Shown here piece after piece: positions 61,480-64,000 of a DNA stretch of 64,000 bases. Each line of letters begins with the position of its first letter. Position 1 is the first letter of the stretch. Source of the stretch: Octopus sinensis (taxonomy: Eukaryota); NCBI RefSeq assembly GCF_006345805.1, contig NC_043010.1:57908001-57972000 (forward strand), read 5' to 3'. The position numbers were made by a program, and so were the translations under genes. Under the pieces are notes generated by a model. The model did no database searches, was not told where the DNA came from, and worked only from the letters and a program-made list of their open reading frames with translations.

Positions 61480-61820
61480 GAAATACGACAGTGTTGCAAG
61501 AATGATTTATTGGGAGGTGTGTGGCAAGTGTGGATTGGATAGAGCAAAGATGTGGAATGGGCAAAGCGCAGAAGGAGTAATTGAGAGTAGCAGTTGTGGG
61601 ATGTAATGATCCAATGTGAACAAGAGATTGAACATCAGAAGCCAGATATGGTGGTTGTGAAGAAAGAGGGAGAAAAACCTGTTTAATGAGGGATATTGCA
61701 TGTGGTGGGATGAGGAGAAGCAGGTCAGATGTGATGAGTGGAAGTGGGAGATAAAAAAGAGTTGGAGTCATTGAAGAAAGTGAGTGTTGTACCTGTTGTT
61801 GTTAGAGGCTTTGGTACTTC
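61480..61820 (+). mobile_element. REL-domain remnant of another RLE-type LINE
   Basis: IYWEVCGKCGL, EQEIEHQKPDMVVVKKE, CLMRDIAC, VVPVVV. Confidence 0.55.
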
Positions 61821-62149
61821 TAAATAGATAACTTAGAAAATAGAAACCTGAATGGTGGTTGCAGCTTTAGTCCATTGCTTATCAACAGCTGACATTTTCA
61901 GACATCCTCACTGAAGTCGTTTTAAACAAGAATAATAATAACAATTCTTTTAGTATTCTTTAATGATTTCAGTTGTAGGACTGTGGCCATACTGGAGCAC
62001 CACCATAACTTATTTTCTATTGGTTTTGTTGTCATTTTATGCTGTAAGTTGGTCTATGATTGAGCTTGTATCAGCTGACCATCCCACAGTCTAGTCTTGA
62101 ATTCTTGGCTCTTCTGCTGTCGTCGTTAGGAGTTTATTATTCAATGTCT

Positions 62150-63160
62150 TCTCTTTAATGTTTCGGTAGAGGGTCCCCTTATGCTTCTGATTGGCTTTTA
62201 ATCGAAGATATTTTATTGGTAAATGTTCTTCATAAGCCTTGATGTGGATTCCTTCTATCATGAGAACCTGAACTTTTAATGAACTAAATTTCACTTTGTT
62301 TTTATCTGCTCATTAATGAATGAGTTGAGCTCATTTTGGAGTGTGACAGTATCTTCTGGAGTTTGGATAGCCATCAATATCATTGGCATAACTCATTAGG
62401 TTGGCTGAGTGCACTTGTGATTTTATACCTGAGAGGGAGATGATAAATAATAATGGTCCTAGAACCATTCCCTGAAGTATACCACTTATTAAAGGTGACT
62501 TGGCAGAGAGAAAAGCATTTACAGCAACAGATTGACTCCTACTGTGCAGGAAGCCAAAGAGTCATTTTTTGGAGTTTTCCTGCAGTACCAAGACCCTTTA
62601 ACTTAAGACAGATGGTTCCATGATCAATGTTGTCAAATGCTTTAGCCAAATCAAGGTATATGCAAGAGATTATTGAGAACAGTGTTATGCTGCTGGAATA
62701 GTTGTGACAGGCAACTTTGTCCAGTCTGAAAACCATGTTGTGTTTCATCAAAGAGGCTGCTTTCTTCAAGATATGTAATTATTTTTTTAACAGACAATTC
62801 AGTCGATAATTTTAGACGTATGAGATGTGAAAGAAACAGAATCTGTAGTTTTAAGCTTCAGCCCTACATACCTCCCTTCTGTAATGCGTGTTACTATTGC
62901 TATACCATGCAGCTTTTCAAATAGTATCTTTAAGGGTTTTGCAAGGCTGTTCATGCACGTTTTTAACAGAATGGCTTGGAGATTGTCTGGTCCAGATGCT
63001 GAGTTTGAATCTGGTTCATTAATAGCCGTAAGTAGATCATCTTTCATAATATCATTAATTTTTGGATGTGTCTCTGCAGTTGGGTTCTGGGGATCAAACA
63101 TATGTACTATTTTGTGAAGCATAGGTTGGGAAAATGCACTGTTATACTGATGACTCAACA
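62150..63160 (-). pseudogene. CR1-type LINE reverse transcriptase remnant
   Basis: SNSASGPDNLQAILLKTC..SLAKPL, SFTSHTSKI, QHGFQTGQSCL, YLDLAKAFDNIDHG, QGMVLGPLLF. Confidence 0.8.
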
Positions 63161-63196
63161 GTGTGCGTATTTGTGATGATTTATTGCTATGTAGTC

Positions 63197-63495
63197 AAGG
63201 CACATGGCTTAGTGGTTAGGGCATTCAGCTCACGGTTGTAAGGTCATGAGTTCAATTCCCAGCGATACGATGTGTCCTTTATTTCACATTGCTCCAGTCC
63301 ACTCAGCTGGCAAAAGTGAGTAGTACCCATATTTCCAAGGGCCGGCCTTGTCACACTCTGTGTCATGGCTGAATCTCCCTGAGAACTATGATAAGGGTGC
63401 ACATGTCTGTGGAGTGTTCAGCCACTTGCATGTTTATATTTCACGAGCAAGCTGTTCCTTTGATCATATCAGCTGGGACCCTCGTCATCGTAACC
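63197..63495 (+). mobile_element. tRNA-derived SINE (family C)
   Basis: A box TGGCTTAGTGG, B box GAGTTCAATTCC, then TTTATTTCACATTGCTCCAGTCCACTCAGCTGG core. Confidence 0.7.
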
Positions 63496-64000
63496 AATGG
63501 AGTGATCCTTATTGCTATATGATCCAGTTTGATCTATTCAAGAGTCAGTCTGGTTATGTGGGGTTGATTTTTCTTTAGCAAAGTGAAAAAACAACTTAGG
63601 AATAGATTTTATATTTTCCGTTGCTCAGTGTTCCCTTAACAAAATTTCTTTTCCATGAGATATTGTTTTGGGTCCAGTTCAATGTTCTTTTATTTTCATA
63701 TATTTTTTTCTTTATTTCATCAGTTGAAAGTGTTTGATATTTTAGCTGCTTTGTTAGTTTGCTTTTGTTATGCATTAGTAGCCATCTATCTCACGGAATC
63801 AAGTCCTAGTAGGTAGAAGTGGGTTAATACGGGGCAAGCTTTCAACTGGCATGCCCCATATAAACATGCCTGACTGATTAGCTCTTTCTACAGAAACTGC
63901 ATTCAGGGAGACTTTTGAGTTCTGGACCAGCATTGCTACTGTAAGGGATGTTTCTACTGTGGATTTGGTGGTGGCTTGGAGTCATGCTTTTAATAGGGAT

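Overview
Eukaryotic, repeat-saturated window of about 64 kb. It is most likely from an Octopus (coleoid cephalopod) genome; this is inferred from the protocadherin type, SINE/RTE content and microsatellite load. The only host gene I can support is one large minus-strand protocadherin exon (ATG 51438 to splice donor 49033: signal peptide, 6 cadherin repeats, TM helix, start of the cytoplasmic tail). It has a clear acceptor upstream and a GTAAGT donor downstream, so further exons lie elsewhere. The rest is transposon-derived sequence and simple repeats. These include a near-intact 4.3-kb RTE-clade LINE (one nonsense codon, PHD-type finger inside the RT) and many RTE fragments. There are also decayed Penelope-like elements (PLE), R4/Dong-type REL LINEs, CR1 fragments, mariner/pogo/hAT remnants and several tRNA-derived SINE families. 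The most notable unannotated signal is a set of up to 9 minimal type-I hammerhead-ribozyme-like motifs, several in inverted-repeat elements. One is a ~500-bp palindrome in which two divergent tRNA-like Pol III heads are each followed by a hammerhead-like motif. All RNA folds were done by eye and repeat boundaries are approximate. Novelty could not be checked against databases.
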